DNA of 35,007 bases from a virus (taxonomy: Duplodnaviria > Caudoviricetes). Shown here one piece after another: positions 16,979-25,991 of the stretch. The notes under the pieces were generated by a model, which saw nothing but the letters and a program-made list of their open reading frames with translations, did no database searches and was not told the DNA's origin. The position numbers and the translations under genes are program-made. The stretch covers positions 1-35,007 of the IMG/VR virus record IMGVR_UViG_3300032227_000639, one strand, 5' to 3'. Position 1 is the stretch's first letter. Each line of letters begins with the position of its first letter.

Positions 16979-17725
16979 TTAATTATTATATAAATATACT
17001 TTACCATGAACATCAATTAAAATAGCACTCATATTTTCTACCCAATCACCAGAATTTAAATACCTTTTACCATCAATAATTCTATCTTCTGGCTGATGAA
17101 TATGACCACAAATAACTCCATCACAACCTTGTTTTTCTGCCATTTTTAAAGCTGTTACTTCAAAGTCATTTACGTAACTTACTGCTGTTTTTACACTAGC
17201 TTTTATTTTTTGAGATATAGATTGATAAGGCAGTTTTCTCCACTTTCTATATTTGTTATATTGTCTATTTGCCCATAGAGCAAGATCATATCCTATTGAT
17301 CCAAGTTTTGATAACCAGTTATATTTTGTAATAAAAATATCTATTACATCTCCATGAAATATATAGTAGCATCTTTCTTTCCAATTATCATATTCTATGT
17401 GTTCTAAATACTTTATTTTGTAATCTTCTCGTATTTCTATGCCTCCAAAATGATCGCCTATAAATTCTTGTAAAAATTCGTCGTGATTACCTCTTATCCA
17501 AATTATTCTAGTTTTATTTGATAATTTAAGTAATTTAGAAATAACTTTAGTATGTTTTTTCTTCCATTTAGATCCTCTATTTAAAGCCCAACCATCGATT
17601 ATATCACCATTAAGAATTAATAACTCAGTAGGATGTTTTTCAATAAAATCTATAAACTCTTCTGCCTTACTATCTTTTGTGCCTAAATGTAAATCAGATA
17701 CTATGATTGCTTTATAAGTAGTCAT
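16979..17725 (-). CDS. metallophosphoesterase, UDP-2,3-diacylglucosamine diphosphatase (LpxH)-like
   Basis: SDLHLG, GDIIDGW, GNHD, HGD, CGHIH, YLNSGDWVE. Confidence 0.82.
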   Translation of the reverse strand: MTTYKAIIVSDLHLGTKDSKAEEFIDFIEKHPTELLILNGDIIDGWALNRGSKWKKKHTKVISKLLKLSNKTRIIWIRGNHDEFLQEFIGDHFGGIEIREDYKIKYLEHIEYDNWKERCYYIFHGDVIDIFITKYNWLSKLGSIGYDLALWANRQYNKYRKWRKLPYQSISQKIKASVKTAVSYVNDFEVTALKMAEKQGCDGVICGHIHQPEDRIIDGKRYLNSGDWVENMSAILIDVHGKVYLYNN

Positions 17726-18006
17726 TTTTTAAATAATTTTTTCCAGATTTGATTACGAGGATTGCCAAATTTCATACCTAAGTATTTGCCTAAAACAGAA
17801 CCAGCTATATAAAATATAACAATAGTGAATTTGCCTTTTAATAAATCATCAATTGCGTAATATGTAGAGGCTAGTGCAACTAAATTTATCCAAATGGAAT
17901 TTAATAAAAGTGCAGGTATTTTGTTCTGGTAGGTATATTTTATTTCTAATACTTTAAGTATATTATATAACGTTTGTGCAAATAAAACAATTAATTCTTT
18001 ATACAT
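17722..18006 (-). CDS. small multi-pass membrane protein
   Basis: three hydrophobic segments, GSVLGKYLGM; resembles UPF0316/DUF5698-type proteins. Confidence 0.55.
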   Translation of the reverse strand: MYKELIVLFAQTLYNILKVLEIKYTYQNKIPALLLNSIWINLVALASTYYAIDDLLKGKFTIVIFYIAGSVLGKYLGMKFGNPRNQIWKKLFKK

Positions 18007-18079
18007 TATTTAGAGTTCTATAAATAAATACTTTATTTTGGTATATAAAATGCTCACTTTTAATTATTAAATTATTATT

Positions 18080-19522
18080 TTAATTCGAAGAGTGAGATAG
18101 ATTAATGTCTCCTAAAATACAATACTTAATGTTTTGTGTAACATTAGATGTTGTAACGTTAATTGTAAATGAGACTACTGAATTAATAGTGGAATAGTTT
18201 GTTCTGGTTATTAGATCATAATCACTGGGAGTAAACCATAACGCTTCTGTTATAGATCTAAACCCCGTCAAATGTGCTGCTACAAGATAGGCATCACCTG
18301 GATCTAATACACCATTTTTATTTATATCTGCAGCTTTCCATTGTTTAGTTCCTGTCATTACTAAACCTTGGAGAGTATTAGACGGTGTATTTATATTCTT
18401 TGTTTCACCCCAAACTAAATTAAAATCATCTATTGTAATACCTTGTATTGTTAATGACGGGACTAATTTATAAGTTGAGTTTTGATTTGGTAAAGTAAAA
18501 GTATAAGTACCATTTGTTGCTACAGTTTTATAATCTACAAGTTGATCAACACCATTTACTACTCTATAAAGTGTAAGTAGTGGTCTTGAACTTAATGTTG
18601 CTGGTATTGTAACTGTGCCTGATAATGTGTTTGTAATTGCTACTGTATTAATAGTATTAGCTGAATAGAAGCCTGTAAACGTTTGATCTGCCGGATTTGT
18701 CCATGTACCAAATTCAACTATGTAAGGATTAGCCCAATTAGCTGTACCAGGTAAGTCATTCCAACAACTACCACCACCCCATTTAGTTACGGCAAAATCT
18801 TCATCGCCGGCATTATTAGGCTCACCGCCACACCAGTTATTATATTGGCCAACTATATTACCAGCTGTTTGACCATTTTGCGTCTTGATAAGAGTGCCAT
18901 TTTCAGGACCAGCATCTATTCTCCAAAATCCTTCCTGTACTCTATCTGTTAAAGCAAACCAAATATTAGTCTGAGGTACATTTGTTATAATAAATGACTC
19001 TTCATTTGCTGAAGTGATTGTGACTAAATATCCAGTTTGACCTTTAAATGTTTGACCTGCGGATAAAGCCTTAGCATTATCATAAGTAGCGCCTGCAGCT
19101 ATTGGCCTATAAAAGTGTCCGTTAATAGGATTATAAAAGTAGCCTGTTGGATTAACTGTAGTTGATACTGATATTTGTACATTACCTAGAGTAGCACTTG
19201 TATTTACTTTTAATGATGCTAAAGCATTATTTATATTAGCTTGAGTGCCTGTAAAACTTAAACGAGTTTGATTAGCCCAAGAATTATAACCTGTGGTAAA
19301 TGTTAAACCTGTAGTTGTAGTAATACTAAATGTTACACCTGCTGGAGGGTTGACGAATCCAATTGAAGTTAATAATGTTTCTGTAGTAAAACCACTTATT
19401 GAGAATCCACTAGCATCTTGTCCTGCTGTACTAACTTGATAAGTTCTACCAGGCGGAGCAGTTATAGACTGTCCTAGTATTGTTAATGGTAATAAAAATA
19501 ATATAACTAATATTCTTATCAT
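18080..19522 (-). CDS. exported protein with C-type lectin domain and dockerin-like C-terminus
   Basis: signal peptide; GHFY, YLVTITSANEE, WCGGEPNN, WNDLP; AADINKNGVLDPGDAY and LGDINLSHSS. Confidence 0.8.
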   Translation of the reverse strand: MIRILVILFLLPLTILGQSITAPPGRTYQVSTAGQDASGFSISGFTTETLLTSIGFVNPPAGVTFSITTTTGLTFTTGYNSWANQTRLSFTGTQANINNALASLKVNTSATLGNVQISVSTTVNPTGYFYNPINGHFYRPIAAGATYDNAKALSAGQTFKGQTGYLVTITSANEESFIITNVPQTNIWFALTDRVQEGFWRIDAGPENGTLIKTQNGQTAGNIVGQYNNWCGGEPNNAGDEDFAVTKWGGGSCWNDLPGTANWANPYIVEFGTWTNPADQTFTGFYSANTINTVAITNTLSGTVTIPATLSSRPLLTLYRVVNGVDQLVDYKTVATNGTYTFTLPNQNSTYKLVPSLTIQGITIDDFNLVWGETKNINTPSNTLQGLVMTGTKQWKAADINKNGVLDPGDAYLVAAHLTGFRSITEALWFTPSDYDLITRTNYSTINSVVSFTINVTTSNVTQNIKYCILGDINLSHSSN

Positions 19523-20778
19523 AAATTGACTTTACTACCAATTAAGAAAAATGATAGCATTGGTATTTCAGTATTGGTACTTACATTTAGTTTATAATTA
19601 AAGTTGAACTTAAAACGCTTAGTTATTTTATAGTCAAATCCAGATCCTATAAAAGCTACAAACGTTCTATCCGTAGATGTTACTCTATCTTGAGTAGAAT
19701 ATATCAACGGAGTTGACATAATATACAATTCTGGTGATATAGTTAATTTTTTTCCTGTAGTGAATGGTTTTGTATAAAATGCAGTTATTGTTGGACTAAA
19801 GAAAGAACTTTTGTCTTCAGATATAAGTGCACCAGACGCGCTTACATTGAATCCTGTAACACCATATTTGTTTAAATTGATTATACCACTATAACCTACA
19901 AAACCTATCAGATTGCCATAAGAATAAACACCGGTCATACTGAAGTTATGAATATATCTTAAAGATCCTGATTTACTAAATTGCATTTTAGTATATCTTC
20001 CTGAAAGTGCAAATTGTTTAAAGTTCATCCATATCATTCCTGTTAATCCCCAACTAGAAGCACCAGTCATTGAAGATTGAGAAAGTCCTAAATTAAGTAT
20101 TGGGGTGAAAGAGCCATTTAAGTTTTGTGCAGTAGTTAAATCTGATTGCACTAACATAGGATTAGAATTGGAAGCTTTTGCTTTAGAACTGCTACCTTTT
20201 CCTCCACTTGATTTACCTCCACCACCACTAGAACTAGTTTCTGTTTTTTGATCATTACTAGCATCTTGACTTGATGTTGTACTAGCAGCAACTTCTTCTC
20301 CACCTTGTTGAGATCCGCCACTAGAAGACGCACTAGATGATACATTACTAGTAGCACTAGAAGAAACGCTAGATGTTGCACTAGATGATACGCTACTAAC
20401 TGCACTAGAAGTAACAGAAGATACGGCAGATGTAGAAGCAGATCCTATTACACTACTTACTACACTTTGAACTGCGCCTCCTACTACTTGAGATGTAATT
20501 TGATTTTGAGTTATTTGTCCAGATTGAATTGAACATGGAGATACTTTTCTATAATCAGAATAAACTTGATTAATCCAAGTAGCTAAATTACCATTAGCTA
20601 CATCATCTCTAACAAAAGTTCTTGATTTGTTTAAGAAAAAAATTACGGTGCCATTTGCAGGCACCATAAAAGTACTTACTTGTTTTGTACAAGGATCAAT
20701 AAATGTATAGACAAGACTTTGGCTCTTAGTATAGAGTCCAATAAATAGGAACAGTATTATGTATAATATCCTTTTCAA
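19519..20778 (-). CDS. exported protein with Ser-rich linker and probable outer-membrane beta-barrel
   Basis: signal peptide; S/G-rich low-complexity middle; alternating amphipathic strands ending FFLIGSKVNL. Confidence 0.6.
   Translation of the reverse strand: MKRILYIILFLFIGLYTKSQSLVYTFIDPCTKQVSTFMVPANGTVIFFLNKSRTFVRDDVANGNLATWINQVYSDYRKVSPCSIQSGQITQNQITSQVVGGAVQSVVSSVIGSASTSAVSSVTSSAVSSVSSSATSSVSSSATSNVSSSASSSGGSQQGGEEVAASTTSSQDASNDQKTETSSSGGGGKSSGGKGSSSKAKASNSNPMLVQSDLTTAQNLNGSFTPILNLGLSQSSMTGASSWGLTGMIWMNFKQFALSGRYTKMQFSKSGSLRYIHNFSMTGVYSYGNLIGFVGYSGIINLNKYGVTGFNVSASGALISEDKSSFFSPTITAFYTKPFTTGKKLTISPELYIMSTPLIYSTQDRVTSTDRTFVAFIGSGFDYKITKRFKFNFNYKLNVSTNTEIPMLSFFLIGSKVNL
20320..20440. repeat. 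degenerate ~12-nt coding repeat (Ser-rich linker)
   Basis: recurring (GC)ACTAGA units encoding SSA/SSV. Confidence 0.6.
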
Positions 20779-20784
20779 TCATCA

Positions 20785-21507
20785 CTAAGATTTGAATACA
20801 CCTTTCTTGATCATGCGAGTTAGTATTCTACCACATGCAATATCAAGAGCTTTTTTAGTAGCGATTGAAACTGTTGATTGATTAAATTTAACTGGATCTA
20901 AAGTAGCATCATTTAATATAGTAAGCTCTCTTATAGTCTTTGCTTCACCTAAACCTGATGCGGCAATAATTTCTCCTGTTTCAGCATCAGTAAAACGAAC
21001 TTGAAGACCTAAACGAGTTACCATCATATTCTTTACTCCGTCCTTCATATTAATCTCTTCATCATCACTTACACTCCAGTCATATACTTCAATCTCTACG
21101 AAATAGTGAGCCAGTCTAATTTTACCTCTACCATCCAACTTATCTTCACTTATCCCAGCTTGAGACGCTTGGAATTGTTTAACCATTCTGTTTTTAATCT
21201 CTGTCTTATCTTCTGTAAAGCTAAATCTGTTAAGATTCTCTAGATATTCCAATGTGATATTAGCTACGCCCAAACCCACTTTCTTTTCTTTCAGTTCAGG
21301 ATATTGTTCGTAAAGTTCATCACCAATACCACATTTGAGGATCTGAATTGGTATAGTAGGTCCATCATAGTCTAGTAATGAATCAATATTAATTTTTGTT
21401 TCAAATGAAGCTTTGTATTGCTCTGTAGTTGTTTTACCTACTACTTGAGCACTACTGCTTAAACCAATAAAAATTGGTATCACTAAAAGTAATAATTTGT
21501 TTACCAT
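20785..21507 (-). CDS. CsgG/HfaB-family protein
   Basis: signal peptide; LENLNRFSFTE, LQVRFTDAETGEIIAASGLG and terminal helix KKALD match the CsgG pattern. Confidence 0.7.
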   Translation of the reverse strand: MVNKLLLLVIPIFIGLSSSAQVVGKTTTEQYKASFETKINIDSLLDYDGPTIPIQILKCGIGDELYEQYPELKEKKVGLGVANITLEYLENLNRFSFTEDKTEIKNRMVKQFQASQAGISEDKLDGRGKIRLAHYFVEIEVYDWSVSDDEEINMKDGVKNMMVTRLGLQVRFTDAETGEIIAASGLGEAKTIRELTILNDATLDPVKFNQSTVSIATKKALDIACGRILTRMIKKGVFKS

Positions 21508-21824
21508 TGTGCAGGTTGTTCTTTAAATTCGTCGCCTTCTTTTTTCTTTTTAGGAGCTTCTTTTTTTTCAACTGGTTTTTCAACTACTCTTTCTTTAATA
21601 ATAGTTGTACCACCTGAAGCAGCTTGTTGTTGCTGTTGAGTATTGTTGATGATAATAGAAGGTTGAACAGGTGCAGGAGTTGCTACAGCTTCTTCTTTAT
21701 CTCCACCAAATAGTAATGTGCTAAGCCATACACCACCTCCAGCTACTACAGTTCCTAATGTACCTACGATAGTTTTTTTAAGACCTGACCAGGTACCATC
21801 TTGTTGTTCTAGTTCTTCTGACAT
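21501..21824 (-). CDS. small membrane-anchored low-complexity protein
   Basis: one hydrophobic helix, then P/Q-rich and K/E-rich tail. Confidence 0.6.
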   Translation of the reverse strand: MSEELEQQDGTWSGLKKTIVGTLGTVVAGGGVWLSTLLFGGDKEEAVATPAPVQPSIIINNTQQQQQAASGGTTIIKERVVEKPVEKKEAPKKKKEGDEFKEQPAQW

Positions 21825-21826
21825 AA

Positions 21827-23722
21827 TTAAAGTATTAAAAAGGGTTTAGTAATGATTTTCTTTTGATCTGTCATTGATAAATAGTAGTTACCTTCTCTTA
21901 AGTTAGTAGCATCTATTTTATAGTTAGTTGTTAATGCATATTCATTGCTTGATATTTTACCTAGATCTTTAACTGGGCGTCCTGTTACATCAAATATCAT
22001 AGCATTCATATTCATATTATTTCTAGGGAAAGTAACTACTAATTCAAACATACCGTTATTTGGATTAGGGCGAATTGATGTAACTACTTCTTCATCACTG
22101 CCATTATAATATCCAGGTATTCTCTTATTTGACAATGCTATTACATCTGATTGGAGTACAATATTAAATTTATCTCCATTTTGATCACCAGCATCCATTA
22201 ACTTACGTACTTTAATATAGCTAGTAATATCATTGTTGCCTATAGGAGAAAATTTAAGTTTAAATGGCATGTAGTTACCAGTTATGTATCCTGTATTTTG
22301 ATTATTCATTCCACCAAAACGAATAGTTCCTGTTTGTGCATCATGATTTACATATTGTAACCATGGACCCTGAATATTAGATACGATCTCTTCAAATTTT
22401 ACTTTACTTCTATCATAAGTCATTTCAAACTGAAGTGATGCATTTTGAAGTCCATTTGTACTAACATTCATTGGAACATATAATGGTTCACCTACATTAG
22501 CAAATGTATTAGGTATATTAACATTCAAATTACCTATAGTATTATAAGCTACTACTTCTTGGTTATTAGCATCAAATATAGGAGAAGAATGGCTTCTATT
22601 TACGTCACCTACAATTGCATACTTAAGATTAACTACTAAGTTAGATGTACCTATACTATCGTAAATAAAATTTGTTCTATCTAAAAATGCAGGCCAAGAT
22701 GACCATTGATTTTGACCTAATACTAAATCATCATATTCAGTAGCAGTAAAAACTTTAATCAATCCTGCTGTATCAATTGGTTTTAAACCAGCTACAGAAG
22801 CATAAATACCGTAAGCATCACCACCATCTAATCCAGCACTCTTATTGATATCAGCTTGTAAGTAACTCAATCCTGATTTTAGATATTGTCTTGTGTATAC
22901 TTGATTTACATCTGTATTAACAAATTCATCGTATACTTTAGCACCATCAGTTATTGTTACAGCATTATCTCTAATTGTAGTTAGATCATTAGCTGGAAAT
23001 AGTGCTTGTATTTTATATCTTGTGTTTTGTTCAATATTATCTAATGTGTAATTACCTTGAGGATCAGGAGCCACACTTGATGCTATTATACCTGTAGTTG
23101 GATCAATTGCTAATATTGTTGGTTTAGAAGTCATATTAGCAGCAAGCCATATTTTACCTGAAATAGTTAAGTTACCTTTCAAGAATACAGACATACTTTT
23201 ATTAGTAAGGTTAGCTACATTATCTCCTATTGTATTACCATCTTGAGTAAACAATCTAGCCCAGTTAATTGTAATAGAATCAGAAGCGAAGTTTGCTTCT
23301 ACTGAGTTGATTTTATACTTATTGTGTATAATGTAGGCTTGAGATCCAATTTGATTACCACTAGCTAAGATTAAATAGTTACGAGCTACAGTCCAAGCAG
23401 TATCAGATACATAAGTATAATTACCTGCGGTATAGCCTGAATATTTTGAATTATCAAATTGCTTATAGTCAATATAAGGAGTTTGAGTTGCAAATGCTAC
23501 ATCAACAGTAGTTGCAACGTGAGTTAAAAGTCTTTTCTTATATTGAAAGTCAACTTGGAATGTACGAACATCTTTACTAGCTATAGGTTGGTAATACCAA
23601 GCTACATCTAATGTATCTCCTCTTTTAACAATTGCTAGCTGTTGGAAGTGTCCGATTGAAGGTTGTTGAGCAAAAGAGGCATAACTAATTAATACTGCTA
23701 ACAGTGTTAATAGCTTTTTCAT
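21827..23722 (-). CDS. T9SS type A substrate with dockerin-like and cohesin-like domains
   Basis: signal peptide; QADINKSAGLDGGDAY..VGDVNRSHSS; SLQFEMTYD..IRFGG; C-terminal IRPNP..IFDVTGRPV..LREGNYYL..KPF. Confidence 0.8.
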   Translation of the reverse strand: MKKLLTLLAVLISYASFAQQPSIGHFQQLAIVKRGDTLDVAWYYQPIASKDVRTFQVDFQYKKRLLTHVATTVDVAFATQTPYIDYKQFDNSKYSGYTAGNYTYVSDTAWTVARNYLILASGNQIGSQAYIIHNKYKINSVEANFASDSITINWARLFTQDGNTIGDNVANLTNKSMSVFLKGNLTISGKIWLAANMTSKPTILAIDPTTGIIASSVAPDPQGNYTLDNIEQNTRYKIQALFPANDLTTIRDNAVTITDGAKVYDEFVNTDVNQVYTRQYLKSGLSYLQADINKSAGLDGGDAYGIYASVAGLKPIDTAGLIKVFTATEYDDLVLGQNQWSSWPAFLDRTNFIYDSIGTSNLVVNLKYAIVGDVNRSHSSPIFDANNQEVVAYNTIGNLNVNIPNTFANVGEPLYVPMNVSTNGLQNASLQFEMTYDRSKVKFEEIVSNIQGPWLQYVNHDAQTGTIRFGGMNNQNTGYITGNYMPFKLKFSPIGNNDITSYIKVRKLMDAGDQNGDKFNIVLQSDVIALSNKRIPGYYNGSDEEVVTSIRPNPNNGMFELVVTFPRNNMNMNAMIFDVTGRPVKDLGKISSNEYALTTNYKIDATNLREGNYYLSMTDQKKIITKPFLIL

Positions 23723-24198
23723 AGTACGGTTTCAATTACGTTTATAATAGTTTTCTTGAGGGCAGAACGAGCTGACGCTTGGTTAAAACCGCCTCCTTCA
23801 TCTATTATCATCGTAGAAGTAGAGATTTCAGAAGATTTACCTGTTCCTAAGTATTCCTTAATTTTCTTTCCACCTTTGGTTAAAACTCCCTTAATCCTAA
23901 TAATGGTCTCGTTGTCATTTTTATGAAACACACTAACACCAGCATTAGTTTGCAAAACATCAAAATAAATAACTTCAAAACTAATTTTATAAGTAGAATC
24001 ATTTTTTCCTACTATAGAATAACCTTTATCCATTATAGCTTCTTCTGCTATATTTTTTACACCTAAAACTAAATTTTTATTTCCTGCTAAAGCACCTATC
24101 TTAATATTATTAGATACGTCTCCAACATAGATTTTAATGTCTTGAGAAAAAGAGACTGTACTCAAAAGTAAGCACAATCCCAATAAAAAATTCTTCAA
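23719..24198 (-). CDS. exported protein, possibly CsgG/LpoB-like fold
   Basis: signal peptide; C-terminal FNQASARSALKK resembles FNQSTVSIATKK of 20785..21507. Confidence 0.6.
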   Translation of the reverse strand: MKNFLLGLCLLLSTVSFSQDIKIYVGDVSNNIKIGALAGNKNLVLGVKNIAEEAIMDKGYSIVGKNDSTYKISFEVIYFDVLQTNAGVSVFHKNDNETIIRIKGVLTKGGKKIKEYLGTGKSSEISTSTMIIDEGGGFNQASARSALKKTIINVIETVL

Positions 24199-24210
24199 TG
24201 GTTAAATGGT

Positions 24211-24471
24211 TTAGTGAGCTAAACTATCAACAACATTTACTGTGGTGTCTATTTGATTAACAACGGTATCAACTACTGTTGTACTATCAGGAAATGCTGT
24301 AGAGATTTGATCAATAATAAGATCAAAGTTTACGGTATCTTCACTGATGTAGCCCTTTTGAACTGCAAATATTACAGCTGCAATAGCTACTACTGATAAA
24401 ATAATTACGCTTTTCTTTTTACCTTTTAATTTTTCTACAAGAGGTAACAACTTAGGAATAAAGTTTTTCAT
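24211..24471 (-). CDS. small membrane-anchored protein
   Basis: basic N-terminus, one TM helix, D/T/V-rich tail. Confidence 0.65.
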   Translation of the reverse strand: MKNFIPKLLPLVEKLKGKKKSVIILSVVAIAAVIFAVQKGYISEDTVNFDLIIDQISTAFPDSTTVVDTVVNQIDTTVNVVDSLAH

Positions 24472-24482
24472 TTTTATGTTTT

Positions 24483-24596
24483 TTATTTAGCTTCTAACTT
24501 TTTTATAACCTTTATATTTTGATCAATTAATTTACGATCTTTAAGACCGTTCTTTCTTGATTTCATTGGTCTTGGTTTAGACTGCTTCTTAGCCAT
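24483..24596 (-). CDS. small basic protein (37 aa)
   Basis: MAKKQSKPRPMKSRKNGLKDRKLIDQNIKVIKKLEAK; ATG overlaps upstream TAA; not in track. Confidence 0.55.
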   Translation of the reverse strand: MAKKQSKPRPMKSRKNGLKDRKLIDQNIKVIKKLEAK

Positions 24597-24877
24597 TACA
24601 TCACCTCCTCTACTGGCTCTTCTTCTTTAACTCCAGCTTTTTTGTTCACAAACTTATCTACAGATGCAATACCAAAGCATCCTAATACTAACCACATGAA
24701 TGCATCAAATATAAAATCATTGATTACTAATGGCTTACCTAAATAACCTGTTATAATGTCTGCAATTGCAAATGCTACCATCATTAAGAAAGCTAGAAAA
24801 CCTACTACAGACTTTTCATTAATATCATTGTTGTCTTTAAACAACTGTTTTAAAAGAGATTCTTTTTTAGATGCCAT
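24596..24877 (-). CDS. two-TM membrane protein, putative holin
   Basis: start reassigned to MASKK; two TM helices and charged tail; directly downstream of the endolysin. Confidence 0.6.
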   Translation of the reverse strand: MASKKESLLKQLFKDNNDINEKSVVGFLAFLMMVAFAIADIITGYLGKPLVINDFIFDAFMWLVLGCFGIASVDKFVNKKAGVKEEEPVEEVM

Positions 24878-24924
24878 TGTTATACGTTTAAAATTATAAA
24901 TGTACAACCTTTTGAGCAACCTAA

Positions 24925-25524
24925 TTACTTCAATAAGTTATAATACTCTTTAAAGTGTTTGATTCTATCAGGAAGCCCAATAGTACCACCATTAACTCTT
25001 TTAGTAACTGAAGTAACTACAGCATCTGTAGCACCTTGATCTGCAATTTTATGAAGACCATTTTTATGGAAAAACCATGCAGCAGACAATAAAGGATATT
25101 TAGTAGCAACTAAATCTGGGTTATCTACGATTGATTCGGCAACGACTGCGTCGAATGCTTTATAATTATCTTTTCCAGTTAATTGAATATAGCCGCGACC
25201 ACGAAATTTCCAACCTTCTCCAGAAGCTTCAGGGCCATTACCCATTCTAGCTCCATAAACTAGGTTAGCAATTTTTTCTGGCTTACGCTCGTACAATTTA
25301 GCTTTTTCTTCTGTTGGAAAGTACTTCTTGAATATACCTAATAGACCTTTTGCTCCGTAGTTTAAATTTTCGTTAACTGCTTTAAATCCACCTGATTCGT
25401 GGCCTGCTTGAGCAAGAAAATGCGCTAGACGGAGTGGGGTATTTAATTCAAATTTAGCAATTGTGTCCGGTAGCTGTGTAATAACAGCATCAGGGATGTG
25501 ACCCTTTAACTTGTTTATATCCAT
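24925..25524 (-). CDS. glycoside hydrolase family 19 endolysin
   Basis: HFLAQAGHESGGF, ENLNY, RGRGYIQLTG, SAAWFF, VNGG. Confidence 0.9.
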   Translation of the reverse strand: MDINKLKGHIPDAVITQLPDTIAKFELNTPLRLAHFLAQAGHESGGFKAVNENLNYGAKGLLGIFKKYFPTEEKAKLYERKPEKIANLVYGARMGNGPEASGEGWKFRGRGYIQLTGKDNYKAFDAVVAESIVDNPDLVATKYPLLSAAWFFHKNGLHKIADQGATDAVVTSVTKRVNGGTIGLPDRIKHFKEYYNLLK

Positions 25525-25574
25525 AGTTTATAAATAATTTACTTAATTTATTTACAACCTGGCTTCAAAAACAA

Positions 25575-25718
25575 TTAAGAAAGTATATTAACTATTTTAT
25601 TTACTAAATCTTTTCTTCCTAAAAATTCTAAGATTGCTAAAGTTCCACCTAATACTAAGGCAGATAATTGAACTACAATTATACTCTTTAAAGCAAACTC
25701 TATTATTCTGTTTTTCAT
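25575..25718 (-). CDS. small membrane protein (47 aa)
   Basis: MKNRIIEFALKSIIVVQLSALVLGGTLAILEFLGRKDLVNKIVNILS; not in track. Confidence 0.5.
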   Translation of the reverse strand: MKNRIIEFALKSIIVVQLSALVLGGTLAILEFLGRKDLVNKIVNILS

Positions 25719-25732
25719 AACATTTATAAATA

Positions 25733-25990
25733 TCATCTAAATTGAGTCAAAACTCTAGAAAGTTGATCTTTTGACATAACTCCTGAGTTTCTATAGGCTA
25801 CTTGACCCTGCCCATCTAATACAATCAAAGTTGGTACAGAAGTTACAGAATATCTTTCTGCATATGATGCATCATAGTCAACATTGATATAATTTATGTT
25901 AACCCCTAATTCTCCAGATACCATTTCTACAACTGGTTTAAACATCTTACATGGTCCACACCAAGGAGCGGTGAAATACAAAACTTGCAT
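25733..25990 (-). CDS. trxA: thioredoxin
   Basis: WCGPCK active site, SVPT. Confidence 0.92.
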   Translation of the reverse strand: MQVLYFTAPWCGPCKMFKPVVEMVSGELGVNINYINVDYDASYAERYSVTSVPTLIVLDGQGQVAYRNSGVMSKDQLSRVLTQFR

Positions 25991-25991
25991 A

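Noticed and set aside
20320-20440. Periodic ACTAGA repeats as an array
   Set aside because: They are in-frame codons of a Ser-rich linker with no unique spacers
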